Notes under the pieces: model-generated | What the model was told of the DNA's origin: nothing | Seen by the model: only the letters and a program-made list of their open reading frames with translations | Databases searched by the model: none | In this document: piece by piece, positions 20,301 through 28,192 of the stretch | Position numbering within the stretch: the stretch's first letter is position 1 | Layout: the number at the start of each line of letters is the position of its first letter | Assembly: GCA_039586495.1 (NCBI GenBank) | Contig: JBDHKG010000006.1 | Coordinates: 1 to 63,351, forward strand | Direction: 5' to 3' | Length of the DNA: 63,351 nucleotides | DNA from: Gemmatimonadota bacterium | GTDB lineage: Bacteria > Gemmatimonadota > Gemmatimonadetes > Palauibacterales > KS3-K002 | Translations under genes and position numbers: made by a program

Positions 20301-20569
20301 GCCCGCTTCAGAGCGTCGTACTCCTTCTCCTCGTCCTGGCCACGTCCGAGCAGCTCGATCACCTCGGAGGGGTGCATGGGCCGCCGCTCGTGGAAGAGAT
20401 AGACGAGCAGTGCCAGGTGCTTGGCGCCGAGCTTCGAGGTCTCGTCCACGCCCTGACGCATCAAGCGGACGCCACCCAGCGTATAGAGCTCGACGTCCTT
20501 GCCGCCCCCCGTCCGTGGGGCGGCTTTACCTCGGGGGCGCTTCTCCGATCGTGGCCTCGGCCTCGTCAT
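17384..20569 (-). CDS. Membrane-spanning BTAD/SARP-like regulator with Pro-rich linker and C-terminal TPR-like extracytoplasmic region
   Basis: LYAGDFLEGF...FDEWAQKER BTAD signature; one TM helix (YWFVPVALALVGLGIAFG); C-terminal AYSRAR/DSTFAMAY TPR-like segment. Confidence 0.8.
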   Translation of the reverse strand: MTRPRPRSEKRPRGKAAPRTGGGKDVELYTLGGVRLMRQGVDETSKLGAKHLALLVYLFHERRPMHPSEVIELLGRGQDEEKEYDALKRAVTWLRENVPGVNVRLTTDTVEVFGGLRLDTREVDSAIDGGDAACVGELYAGDFLEGFQSGAPAFDEWAQKERGRIRRAWGHAILTAAQAAEGKSWEKAAQWWEILVARAPMRPEAVVGLLRAYTQSGKEQEAARVYSEYLGRLRQSGIAQPADAVQQLVARHPMLRELAAKAPAPPEAASAVRPATPSPTPPRKPEPTFTAAPPAPPPRGVPREPRRPGELPPAQEPPIPKVEPGIVAGFQPGASPPESAEAPPRKPKAASDAVGAPDQEEAWREIVEMTAEDELDISVAEVPAAPEASSAKPAEPIADFPLPETREPAPPQPGAGPEGKPVRRKSEPDEAIREAVAAAGDEFRDVHHQVTSVRKAWGPVLRETWEELGPWRALAAERAARGLWRVAAVLAALPGLLWRFLRAAVRRVSGARRALPVPRRRVKAAGRASGRVVAPARARHRRAAEMQEVLTQPLESELEPPQAVAEALAAEAPPVERVGIPPEPVAPAAKPFEPAPEPIEPAAEPFEFAAEPIEPAPKPVEPAPRPVKPVARPVEAAVKPFEVVARPRKRRRARRPGLALVKRYWFVPVALALVGLGIAFGPDLVARISGLRSDLPEVRAPSLPRVSLPRVTLRTPAFVETSISRIGAMFSGPLLEESGQWVVVADVEVDDEAHADHAPTAMTVALEAELKQAQFFSVVPRERALIARRRSSGSTSGDLGIDDAVALAEAESYAAVIVARLSRAGGVDSVAIRVLSPAGEELYGVAAEVSGEASALETMVGLTRPVRRRLGEPDEQTEASLPATQILSASPSALDAYSRARMHLFAGRYSEAVASAQEATGHDSTFAMAYRVLAEAYALSGRRTLARSALDSAFRLSDRASERERMRILADRHAWDGHYSDAAVTYEQLFQRYRDDVGALKSLALLQRIIGVRGGGEGNLRVAYTIDPYDWPPLSRVARYLGYSGRLPDVDSIVAALERSP
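18630..18826 (-). repeat. About nine degenerate 21-bp repeats encoding (E/K/R)P(V/I/F)EPA(A/P)
   Basis: EPVAPAA KPFEPAP EPIEPAA EPFEFAA EPIEPAP KPVEPAP RPVKPVA RPVEAAV KPFEVVA. Confidence 0.85.
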
Positions 20570-20948
20570 CGCCGCTGATGCGCACTCGCCTGTGTATGCG
20601 GGGGAAATGTCGGACGCGGGGACCCTGAAAAGGGGGCGGAAATCCTCTAACTATAAGCATTTTCGACCGATCCCGCTATCCGCACGGCTCCGTGGCCCGC
20701 CACCGGCACTGCTCGGTGCCGCCTGGCCTCACGGGCCGGGACTTGCTGAGAAGGCCGCGTCCGACGTTGACTTGGACGCTGACCTCGACATTCTTACCAC
20801 GACCTGGCGCGCCGGTTCCGAATCCGGGCTCTACCGGGCACGACGGGGACCCGTTAGATGCCGGTGCGTGATGGGTCACGGGTCAAGTCGGCGAGGCAGG
20901 ACCCGAGTGGCCGGCCCGTTCGCAAACCTGTAAGGCTAACGAGTGGCA

Positions 20949-21512
20949 ATGCCGACGCTCACGCGAGAACGCTACGAGAGCGCCCGCAGGTTCGACGACT
21001 TCAGGAGATCAGTGTTAAAGCACCAGGCACTGTGGACCGGCGTCTACGAGCATCTCGAACTGCCCGCCGATGCGGTGGCACGGCTGAATGAGCTGCCCGG
21101 CCGGCGCCATGTGCTGGTGCTGGCGGAAGACTGGTGCGGCGACGCCGCCTCGCTGGTGCCCATACTCGCCAAGCTCGCCGACGCCGCGCCGGAGGTGGTC
21201 GATCTCCGCGTGCTCGAGCGGGATGAGAACCTGGACATCATGGACCAGTACCTCACTCGCGGCGGCCGCTCGATACCGGTGGCCATCGTGTTCGATGAGC
21301 AGATGCGGGAGTTGGGCTGGTGGGGGCCACGACCCGCGCCAGCGCAAGCGATGTTCCGGGAGCGGATCCGCGAGTTCCAGGCCGGCCGTCTGACCGACAA
21401 GAACGAAGACGTCTACAAACCGCTGCTCAAGTGGTACCGCGAGGATCGCGGTCGCCACACCATCGACGAGTTTCTTCTTGTGCTAGAACGGGGTGGGGCG
21501 GCGAGATCCTGA
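20949..21512 (+). CDS. Thioredoxin-fold protein (Thioredoxin_9-like, single-Cys WCGDA motif)
   Basis: AEDWCGDA, RDENLDIMDQYLT.GGRSIP, WGPRP. Confidence 0.85.
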   Translation: MPTLTRERYESARRFDDFRRSVLKHQALWTGVYEHLELPADAVARLNELPGRRHVLVLAEDWCGDAASLVPILAKLADAAPEVVDLRVLERDENLDIMDQYLTRGGRSIPVAIVFDEQMRELGWWGPRPAPAQAMFRERIREFQAGRLTDKNEDVYKPLLKWYREDRGRHTIDEFLLVLERGGAARS

Positions 21513-21524
21513 GGTCTGAGATGA

Positions 21525-22661
21525 TCAGGGCGCTGCGGACCCCAGACGCCGCGCCACCGCCTCCGCCTCCGCCAGCACTCGCAGCGCGTTCTCCCCAAGG
21601 ACCTTGCGGATATCCTCCATCGAGTAACCGCGGCTCACCAACTCCGCGGTGATCGCCGGGAACTTCGAGACATCCTCGAGGCCCTCTGGAACGGCGGAGC
21701 AGCCGTCGAAGTCGGAGCCGAGGCCGACGTGGTCGATGCCCGCCACGCGCACGATATGGTCGATGTGATCGACCAGGTCGCTTACGCTGCCCCGCGGGAC
21801 CGGATGCTCGGACGACCAATCCTGCCAGACCTCTTCCACGGCGGCGTCATCATCGCCGTGCCGCGCCCTGAGCTCACGGTAATAGGCCAACATCTCCCGG
21901 GCCACGTGCGCGGCCGCCGGTACCACGAAGCCCGAGAAGAAGTTGACCATCACCACACCGCCGTTCTCCGGCAACCGCTCCAGTATCTCGTCCGGCACAT
22001 TGCGTGGGTGGTCGTTGATCGCGCGGGCCCCACTGTGCGACGCGATGATCGGCGCCTCACTCACACGAAGCACAGCGGCCATGGCCGCGGCCGAGACGTG
22101 CGAGATATCGACGAGCATGCCGAGTCGGTTCATCTCGCGTACGACCTCCTCCCCGAACTCGCTCAGCCCGCCGTGCCGCGGCTCATCCGTCGCCGCGTCG
22201 GCCCACTCGGTTGCTTCGTTGTGAGTCAGCGTCAGGTAGCGGGCGCCGAGTTCGAAGAAGCTGCGCAGGACGGCGACAGATCGCTCGATGGTGTGGCCGC
22301 CCTCGACCCCGACGAGCGCCGCGATTCTACCTGACTCCACAACACGCGTAACATCCGCGGCCGAGCGCGCCAGCTCCAGCTCGGAGTAGTGGGCTACCAT
22401 TCGCTTGATCAGGTCGATCTGCTCGAGGGCCAGACGGGCCGCGCCGCGCCGCTCGTATTCCGACGGCACGTAGGCCGCGAAGAACAGGGCGTCCACGCCG
22501 CCCTCGCGTAGCCTGGGGATGTCGGTGTGGCCGTCCTCATGGCGCGCCGCCAGGTCGAAGCGCTCGACTTCGGAGGCATACAGCGTACGTAGCCGCCAGG
22601 GCAGATCGTTGTGCCCGTCTACCACGAGCGCCCGCCGGTGTATCTCCTCGTGCCCCGTCAC
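21525..22661 (-). CDS. Membrane dipeptidase family M19
   Basis: VDGHNDLP, VEGGH, LTLTHN, DISH, SHS, GSDFDG. Confidence 0.93.
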   Translation of the reverse strand: MTGHEEIHRRALVVDGHNDLPWRLRTLYASEVERFDLAARHEDGHTDIPRLREGGVDALFFAAYVPSEYERRGAARLALEQIDLIKRMVAHYSELELARSAADVTRVVESGRIAALVGVEGGHTIERSVAVLRSFFELGARYLTLTHNEATEWADAATDEPRHGGLSEFGEEVVREMNRLGMLVDISHVSAAAMAAVLRVSEAPIIASHSGARAINDHPRNVPDEILERLPENGGVVMVNFFSGFVVPAAAHVAREMLAYYRELRARHGDDDAAVEEVWQDWSSEHPVPRGSVSDLVDHIDHIVRVAGIDHVGLGSDFDGCSAVPEGLEDVSKFPAITAELVSRGYSMEDIRKVLGENALRVLAEAEAVARRLGSAAP

Positions 22662-22721
22662 CGCCGCTCCATATTACGGGTCCCGCCTCACTTTGACGGC
22701 CTGAAGACAGCAGCCTCCCGG

Positions 22722-24068
22722 CTAACCGGCCTGCCGCCGGTGCAACAGCGCCCCGCGTAGCAGCTCGTCCAGCTCCTGCGGATCATCTAGCGCCAGCTCG
22801 TAGGTGACCCGCACCAGTGGGCGGTTGATCTGAATCAGCCGCGCCAGGTCCACCGGCGTGCCCACCACGATCACCTCGGCGTCCGAGCGGTGGATCGTCT
22901 CCTCGAGCTCCTCGATCTGCTCCTCGCCGTAGCCCATCGCTGGCAGCACCGGGCCGGTGCTGCGGTACTTCTCGAACGTCTCGATGATCGAGCCCACGGC
23001 GAAGGGCCGTGGATCCACCAGCTCCGCCGCGCCCTGCTCCTGCGCCGCCAGGCTCGCTGCGCCGAAGCGCAACTCGCCGTGGGTCAGACTCGGGCCGTCT
23101 TCCACCGCCAGCACGCGCCGACCCTTGAGCAGCTCTGGATGATCCACGGTCAACGGCGAGCGGCCTCTGAATACGCGCGCCCTCCGGTTGACGGCGGCGA
23201 TGTTGCGGCGCACGATCTCGAACCCTTCGGGCGTCGCCGAATTACTCTTGTTGATGACCACGGCGTCGGCCATACGCAGATTGGCCTCCCCCGGATGATA
23301 GGTTAGCTCGTGTCCGGGCCGGTGCGGATCGGCGACCACGATGTGCAGGTCCGGCCGGAAGAAAGGCAGGTCGTTATTGCCGCCGTCCCACAGCACCACA
23401 TCGCCGTCAATCTCCGCCTGCCGTAGGATCTCCTTGTAGTCGACCCCCGCGAACACGATCGTGCCCTCGCCCAGGTGCGGCTCATACTCCTCCCGCTCCT
23501 CGATCGTCACCTCGTGACGGTCGAGGTCATCGTAGGTCTCGAACCGCTGCACCCGCTGCTTGCGGAGGTCGCCGTAGGGCATCGGGTGACGGACGACCAC
23601 CGGCTTGCGGCCGAACTCCCGGAGCCGATCGACGACGTAGCGGGTCGTCTGGCTCTTGCCGGATCCCGTGCGCACCGCGCAGACGGCAATCACCGGTCGC
23701 CTGGACTCGAGCATCGTGTGCCGCGGCCCCAGGAGCATGAAGCTGGCGCCCGCGGCGAGGCTGCGGCTGGCAATATGCATGACGTACTTGTGCGCGACAT
23801 CGGAATAGGAGAACACACAAGTGTCGATTTCCTCGCGCTGGATGATCGACTCGAGTTCCTCCTCGGGGAGGATCGGTATCCCCTGCGGGTAGTCCGGGCC
23901 CGCGATCTCGCTGGGATAGATGCGATCGCTGATGTTCGGTATCTGTGTCGCGGTAAACGCGACCACCCGATAGCTCGCGTTTCCCCGGAAATACGTGTTG
24001 AAGTCGTGGAAATCGCGCCCGGCGGCGCCAAGGATCACCACTCGCTCCTGTTTGTTCTTACGTGCCAT
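22722..24068 (-). CDS. COG2403-type P-loop ATPase (cDPG-synthetase-like; probable arginine synthetase ArcE homologue)
   Basis: ILGAAGRDFH...VAFTATQIP, AVRTGSGKSQT P-loop, RHPMPYG, EEREEYEPH, DGGNND. Confidence 0.8.
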   Translation of the reverse strand: MARKNKQERVVILGAAGRDFHDFNTYFRGNASYRVVAFTATQIPNISDRIYPSEIAGPDYPQGIPILPEEELESIIQREEIDTCVFSYSDVAHKYVMHIASRSLAAGASFMLLGPRHTMLESRRPVIAVCAVRTGSGKSQTTRYVVDRLREFGRKPVVVRHPMPYGDLRKQRVQRFETYDDLDRHEVTIEEREEYEPHLGEGTIVFAGVDYKEILRQAEIDGDVVLWDGGNNDLPFFRPDLHIVVADPHRPGHELTYHPGEANLRMADAVVINKSNSATPEGFEIVRRNIAAVNRRARVFRGRSPLTVDHPELLKGRRVLAVEDGPSLTHGELRFGAASLAAQEQGAAELVDPRPFAVGSIIETFEKYRSTGPVLPAMGYGEEQIEELEETIHRSDAEVIVVGTPVDLARLIQINRPLVRVTYELALDDPQELDELLRGALLHRRQAG

Positions 24069-24136
24069 CAGATCCTCGTCCTAGCAGTGCAACATTCCAT
24101 GCATAACCAGCAAAGAGAACGGGGCCGGCGCGGACG

Positions 24137-24802
24137 TCACACGCCCAGCCAGTCAGCCAAACCTGTCAGGTCGGTGACCTCATGCAGCGGCTGCGGCCCA
24201 TCGTCCGGCTTCTCAGCCTTGCGATTGACCCAGACCGCGGACAGCCCAAGCTCGCAGGCGGGACGGATGTCGTGGAAGTAGCTCTGCGCAGCGTGGAGCA
24301 ACCGCTCGCGCCGTCCATCCACCCTTCTGATCGCCTCACGGAAATGCTCGGGGGCCGGTTTGTAGCTTCTGGTCTGTTCCGCCGTGACCGTCCAGTCGAG
24401 CTCGACGCCGACGCGCCGGATCGTCGCGGCCAGCAGATCGTCGTCGACGTTGGACAGGATGGCGATCCCGAAGCGTGACCTGATGCGTACGAGCGCCGGG
24501 CGCGTATCCGGGAAGACCGGCCAATCGGGCAACGAGTCCGCCAGGAACCCAGCGCGGCCGGGCGTCAGCCGCCAGCCCAACCGCTCGGCTACTCGCAGGG
24601 CCGTCTCGGCCAGCACTTTCCGGTACCGGCGATAAGTGCCGGCCTGGATTCTGGGCTCGACGGCATGGTAGGCCAAGACAACCTCGGCGCTGTCCAAGCT
24701 GAGCCCGTCGGCTGCGGCCGACTCCAGAAAGGCCTGCGTGATTCCGGTCTCCCAGTCGACCAGCGTGCCGTAACAGTCGAACGTCACCGTCTCCCACGTC
24801 AT
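24137..24802 (-). CDS. HAD hydrolase, haloacid dehalogenase type II-like
   Basis: FDCYGTLVDW, LSNVD, SYKP, AQSYFHD. Confidence 0.88.
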   Translation of the reverse strand: MTWETVTFDCYGTLVDWETGITQAFLESAAADGLSLDSAEVVLAYHAVEPRIQAGTYRRYRKVLAETALRVAERLGWRLTPGRAGFLADSLPDWPVFPDTRPALVRIRSRFGIAILSNVDDDLLAATIRRVGVELDWTVTAEQTRSYKPAPEHFREAIRRVDGRRERLLHAAQSYFHDIRPACELGLSAVWVNRKAEKPDDGPQPLHEVTDLTGLADWLGV

Positions 24803-24816
24803 CGACGATCTGGATG

Positions 24817-26022
24817 CTAGGCACCGAACTTGGCCATGCGACCGGCGTGGGCCAGCGCCAGCGGCATCAGGTCCTCGGAGCGGCAGAGACCCGCCCCTCC
24901 CTCGAGACACCACCTCTCGCCGAAGCGCTTCACCCCGTCGGGCCGGCAGGTGGTCGACCAGAGCAGGAACGGCACCGGATGCCAGCTATGGCTCCGCAGC
25001 GCCGCCGGCGTCGAGTGGTCGCCGGTAACGATGACGACGTCGGGCCTCAGTGCCATGAGCCGCGGGACGTATCGATCGACCTCCTCGATGACGTTCAGCT
25101 TCCGCTCAAAGGCACCGTCCTCGCCCGCCTTGTCCGTCTCCTTGACATGCACGAAGGCGAAGTCGTAATGCGGCCAGACCTGCTCCAGGGTCGAGAAAAG
25201 GTCATCCAGCGACGCGCCTACCTCCGAGGTGTCCATCCCCACCAGCTTTGCCACACCCCGGTACATGGGATACTGGGCCACGGCCACCGACCTGAGCCCG
25301 AACACCTCGGGGAACCCCGGCCAGTCAGGAAGGCGAGCGAAACCCCGCAACAGCACCATGTTGGCCGGCTCGTGCCCGGCCAGCCTGTCGTGCGCCTCCG
25401 CGACGAAGCGGCGTACCAGCTCGGCCGCCTTCTCCGCCTCCGGCCGCTCGGCGGTTACCGCCCGCGGCGGCGCGCCCACGTGCTCGGGATCAGTGTCCGC
25501 TACGCCCTCCTCCAGCCCCTCACCACGCAGCACCAACAGGAAACGGTGCTCACGCACCGGCTCCACGAACATCGCTACACCGGGCAGCTCGATCTTTCGG
25601 AGTTCGGCGCACAGCTCGCGGCATCGCTCGGTGGGGATGCGGCCGGCACGGCGATCCGTGATCTCTCCCGCCGCGTCCACCGTGCAGAAGTTGCCGCGGG
25701 CCGCCAGGTCGCTGGGCCCGAGATCGAACCCGATGCCCAGTGCCTCCAGCACGCCGCGCCCGATCTGGTAACGGATCGCGTCGTAGCCGAAGAGCCCGAT
25801 ATGTCCCGGGCCGCTCCCCGGTGTGATCCCTGGGCTCACGGGCTGGTGCAGTCCCACCATGCCCTCTGACGCCAGCCGATCGAGATTGGGTGTATCAGCC
25901 GCCTCCAGCTCGGTTGGCCCACCTGGCGTCACAGGTAGTCCGCCCAGACCGTCGAGCACGAACAACAGGATCTTGGTGTCGGCCGGCGTCAGCAGCTCGT
26001 GTATCAGTTCCAGGTCCACCAT
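24817..26022 (-). CDS. apgM: 2,3-bisphosphoglycerate-independent phosphoglycerate mutase (ApgM type)
   Basis: LDGLGG, TPNLD, TPGSGPGH, HVKETDKAGEDG, TGDHSTP, HSWHPVP. Confidence 0.9.
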   Translation of the reverse strand: MVDLELIHELLTPADTKILLFVLDGLGGLPVTPGGPTELEAADTPNLDRLASEGMVGLHQPVSPGITPGSGPGHIGLFGYDAIRYQIGRGVLEALGIGFDLGPSDLAARGNFCTVDAAGEITDRRAGRIPTERCRELCAELRKIELPGVAMFVEPVREHRFLLVLRGEGLEEGVADTDPEHVGAPPRAVTAERPEAEKAAELVRRFVAEAHDRLAGHEPANMVLLRGFARLPDWPGFPEVFGLRSVAVAQYPMYRGVAKLVGMDTSEVGASLDDLFSTLEQVWPHYDFAFVHVKETDKAGEDGAFERKLNVIEEVDRYVPRLMALRPDVVIVTGDHSTPAALRSHSWHPVPFLLWSTTCRPDGVKRFGERWCLEGGAGLCRSEDLMPLALAHAGRMAKFGA

Positions 26023-26041
26023 GGCTCGATTCGCCTCCCGT

Positions 26042-27571
26042 TCAACGTATCAGCATCGCCGAGGCGAAGGTCTCGATCCCAGACCACAGGTGTCCCAGCC
26101 GGAGATTCTCGTTGGGGCCGTGCTGGTTATTGTCGTGGTTGACGATCGGTATGCCCACCGTGGGCACGCGCAGGACGTCCGTGAAGTTGTAAAGCGGTAC
26201 GGAGCCGCCCAGCGTCGGCAGCTTGACTGCCGACTCACCGGTGTGCGTCTCAACCGCTTCGATCAGCGCCTGGGCGACGGGCAGATCCATCGGAGTCCGG
26301 AATGCTGGGTAGCCGTCGGACGTCACGACGCGGGCCAACCTCGGATACCGACGGCGCATCTCACGATCGGGCTCATCGCTGACGACGTGATAGCCCTGCC
26401 TCTCGATGTGGGCGATCAGTCTCGCGCCTTGCTCCCCGGGATCGATACCTCTCACCAGTCTCAGGTCGATGTTGGCGATCGCCCGGTCGGGCACAATCGT
26501 GCGCGCCTCAGCACCCACCCAGCCACTCCGCAGCCCCCGCACGTTCAGAGACGGCTGGTTGAGCAAGAGCAGGCGGCTGCCCTCCGACTCTGGCGCCGCG
26601 ATAGCGAACGTCCGCATCTGTTCGGCGTCGTCGTTGGGCGCCTCCGCGATCGCCTGCAGCTCGAACTCGGTCAGCGGCACGACATCATCATAGAAGCCGT
26701 CAACCAGTACTCGCCCCGTCTCAGGGTCCTTCATGGTCGCGAGCAGCTGGGCGAGACGCATGGCCGGGTTCGGCGCCCAGTTCCCGTAGTGCCCGCTGTG
26801 CAGCGGCCTGAGCGGCCCGTATACGGTGATCTCGGCGCTGACGATCCCACGCGACCCGAAGTAGAGCGTCGGCAGACCTGACGGATCGCTCGGACCGTCA
26901 GCCGCGATCACCAGATCGGCGGAGAGCAGCTCTCGGTACTGGCGTACGATCTCGCCCAGATTCGGTGAACCCGCTTCCTCATCTCCCTCAAACAGGAACT
27001 TGAGGTTAGCCGTGGGCTCCTGTAAATTGGCGCGAAGCGCGTCGAGCGCCACCAGCATGGCGACGATGGGCGATTTGTCGTCCGCGGCGGACCGGGCGAA
27101 GAGACGGCAGTCCGGATCGTATCTCTCATAGGTCAGGAACCCGATAATCCGTCCACCTGCCTCCAGCGGCCCGTCGCGCACCACGGGCGTGAAGGGATCA
27201 TGCCCGGCCCAGCGGCTCGGGTCCACCGGCTGGCCGTCGTAGTGGGCGTAGAACAGGACCGTACGACCCGCTCCGGGCACCTTCAGCTCGCCGTAAACGT
27301 AAGGCGGGCCGTCAGTCTCCAAGAGGCGCGCTTCGACCCCGCGCCGCGCCATCATCTCGAGCAGCGCCTCAGCGTTCCGTCGCATCGCCGGGCCATCGGC
27401 TGCGACGTTCGGCAGTTTCAGGAATTCGACCAACTCGTCGACGATCCCTGCTTCGTGCGACGTCCTGTAGCTTCGCACCGCGTGGATCGCCTGCGATTGG
27501 CCGAAGGCGTAGCCGTTGATGAGCAGAACGAGGGCGCCACTGCACAAGCCGTTTGCGAACACCAGCCTCAT
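26042..27571 (-). CDS. Secreted M20/M25/M40 family metallopeptidase
   Basis: Signal peptide; YAHYDGQP, ARSAADDK, EGDEEAGS, NQHGPNEN. Confidence 0.9.
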   Translation of the reverse strand: MRLVFANGLCSGALVLLINGYAFGQSQAIHAVRSYRTSHEAGIVDELVEFLKLPNVAADGPAMRRNAEALLEMMARRGVEARLLETDGPPYVYGELKVPGAGRTVLFYAHYDGQPVDPSRWAGHDPFTPVVRDGPLEAGGRIIGFLTYERYDPDCRLFARSAADDKSPIVAMLVALDALRANLQEPTANLKFLFEGDEEAGSPNLGEIVRQYRELLSADLVIAADGPSDPSGLPTLYFGSRGIVSAEITVYGPLRPLHSGHYGNWAPNPAMRLAQLLATMKDPETGRVLVDGFYDDVVPLTEFELQAIAEAPNDDAEQMRTFAIAAPESEGSRLLLLNQPSLNVRGLRSGWVGAEARTIVPDRAIANIDLRLVRGIDPGEQGARLIAHIERQGYHVVSDEPDREMRRRYPRLARVVTSDGYPAFRTPMDLPVAQALIEAVETHTGESAVKLPTLGGSVPLYNFTDVLRVPTVGIPIVNHDNNQHGPNENLRLGHLWSGIETFASAMLIR

Positions 27572-28035
27572 GAGTCCTCCTGTTCGTCGGCTGCCTGACG
27601 GGCGGGCAGCGCTCTGATGCGGTCGCCGACCCTGACCTGACCTCCCCGCTTGACCCAGGCAAGGACGCCGCGCCGCCCCTGCAACTCCGCCTGCAGACCG
27701 GGGCGAATCTCATCCAGTAAGGCGCAGGGCTGACACGGCCCCGTGATCCAAAGCTCCACCTCGTCGCCGACGATGAGACGAGTGTCAACGGGCAGCGGGC
27801 TCAGATCGATGCCGCGGGTCGTGACGTTCTCCCTCACCTGCCCAGGCTCAAGCGCCAGCCGATCCAGCGTCTCCTCCTCGATCAGCAACACCTGGCGGCG
27901 GCTCCCTGTTTGGGCGTGCCGGCAGCCTTGTAGACCAAGATCCGCGGTGAACACCGCGGGGTCCAGCGGCTGCATCGGGACGCCATGAACCGGACAGATC
28001 TGCAGCGACGTGACGACCCCGGATGCACTGTCCAT
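27568..28035 (-). CDS. MOSC domain protein
   Basis: RQVLLI, RENVTT, PCQPC, LQGRRG, GQVRVGD. Confidence 0.85.
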   Translation of the reverse strand: MDSASGVVTSLQICPVHGVPMQPLDPAVFTADLGLQGCRHAQTGSRRQVLLIEEETLDRLALEPGQVRENVTTRGIDLSPLPVDTRLIVGDEVELWITGPCQPCALLDEIRPGLQAELQGRRGVLAWVKRGGQVRVGDRIRALPARQAADEQEDS

Positions 28036-28137
28036 ATCATGCTCCAGCGACCATACGTCCAACGACTGGACTGCGCGGCGGTAAACTAGCGAGCAGGTGC
28101 TGAAAGAAAAGGCCGCGCAAGTGCGGTGGTGGTCTGG

Positions 28138-28172
28138 AAAGCTGAAGGGCGCCGAACGCGGCGCCCTTCAGC
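28138..28172 (-). terminator. Hairpin terminator downstream of nrdJ
   Basis: Perfect 14-bp stem GCTGAAGGGCGCCG/CGGCGCCCTTCAGC, 4-nt loop, short T run on the minus strand. Confidence 0.7.
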
Positions 28173-28192
28173 AGCCGGACAACGGTGGGGGA

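Noticed and set aside
20570-20945. 375-nt divergent intergenic region with an AT-rich patch and short ORFs (20676-20879, 20499-20933)
   Set aside because: No recognisable motif, RBS or stable RNA pattern; probably divergent promoters that I cannot place.
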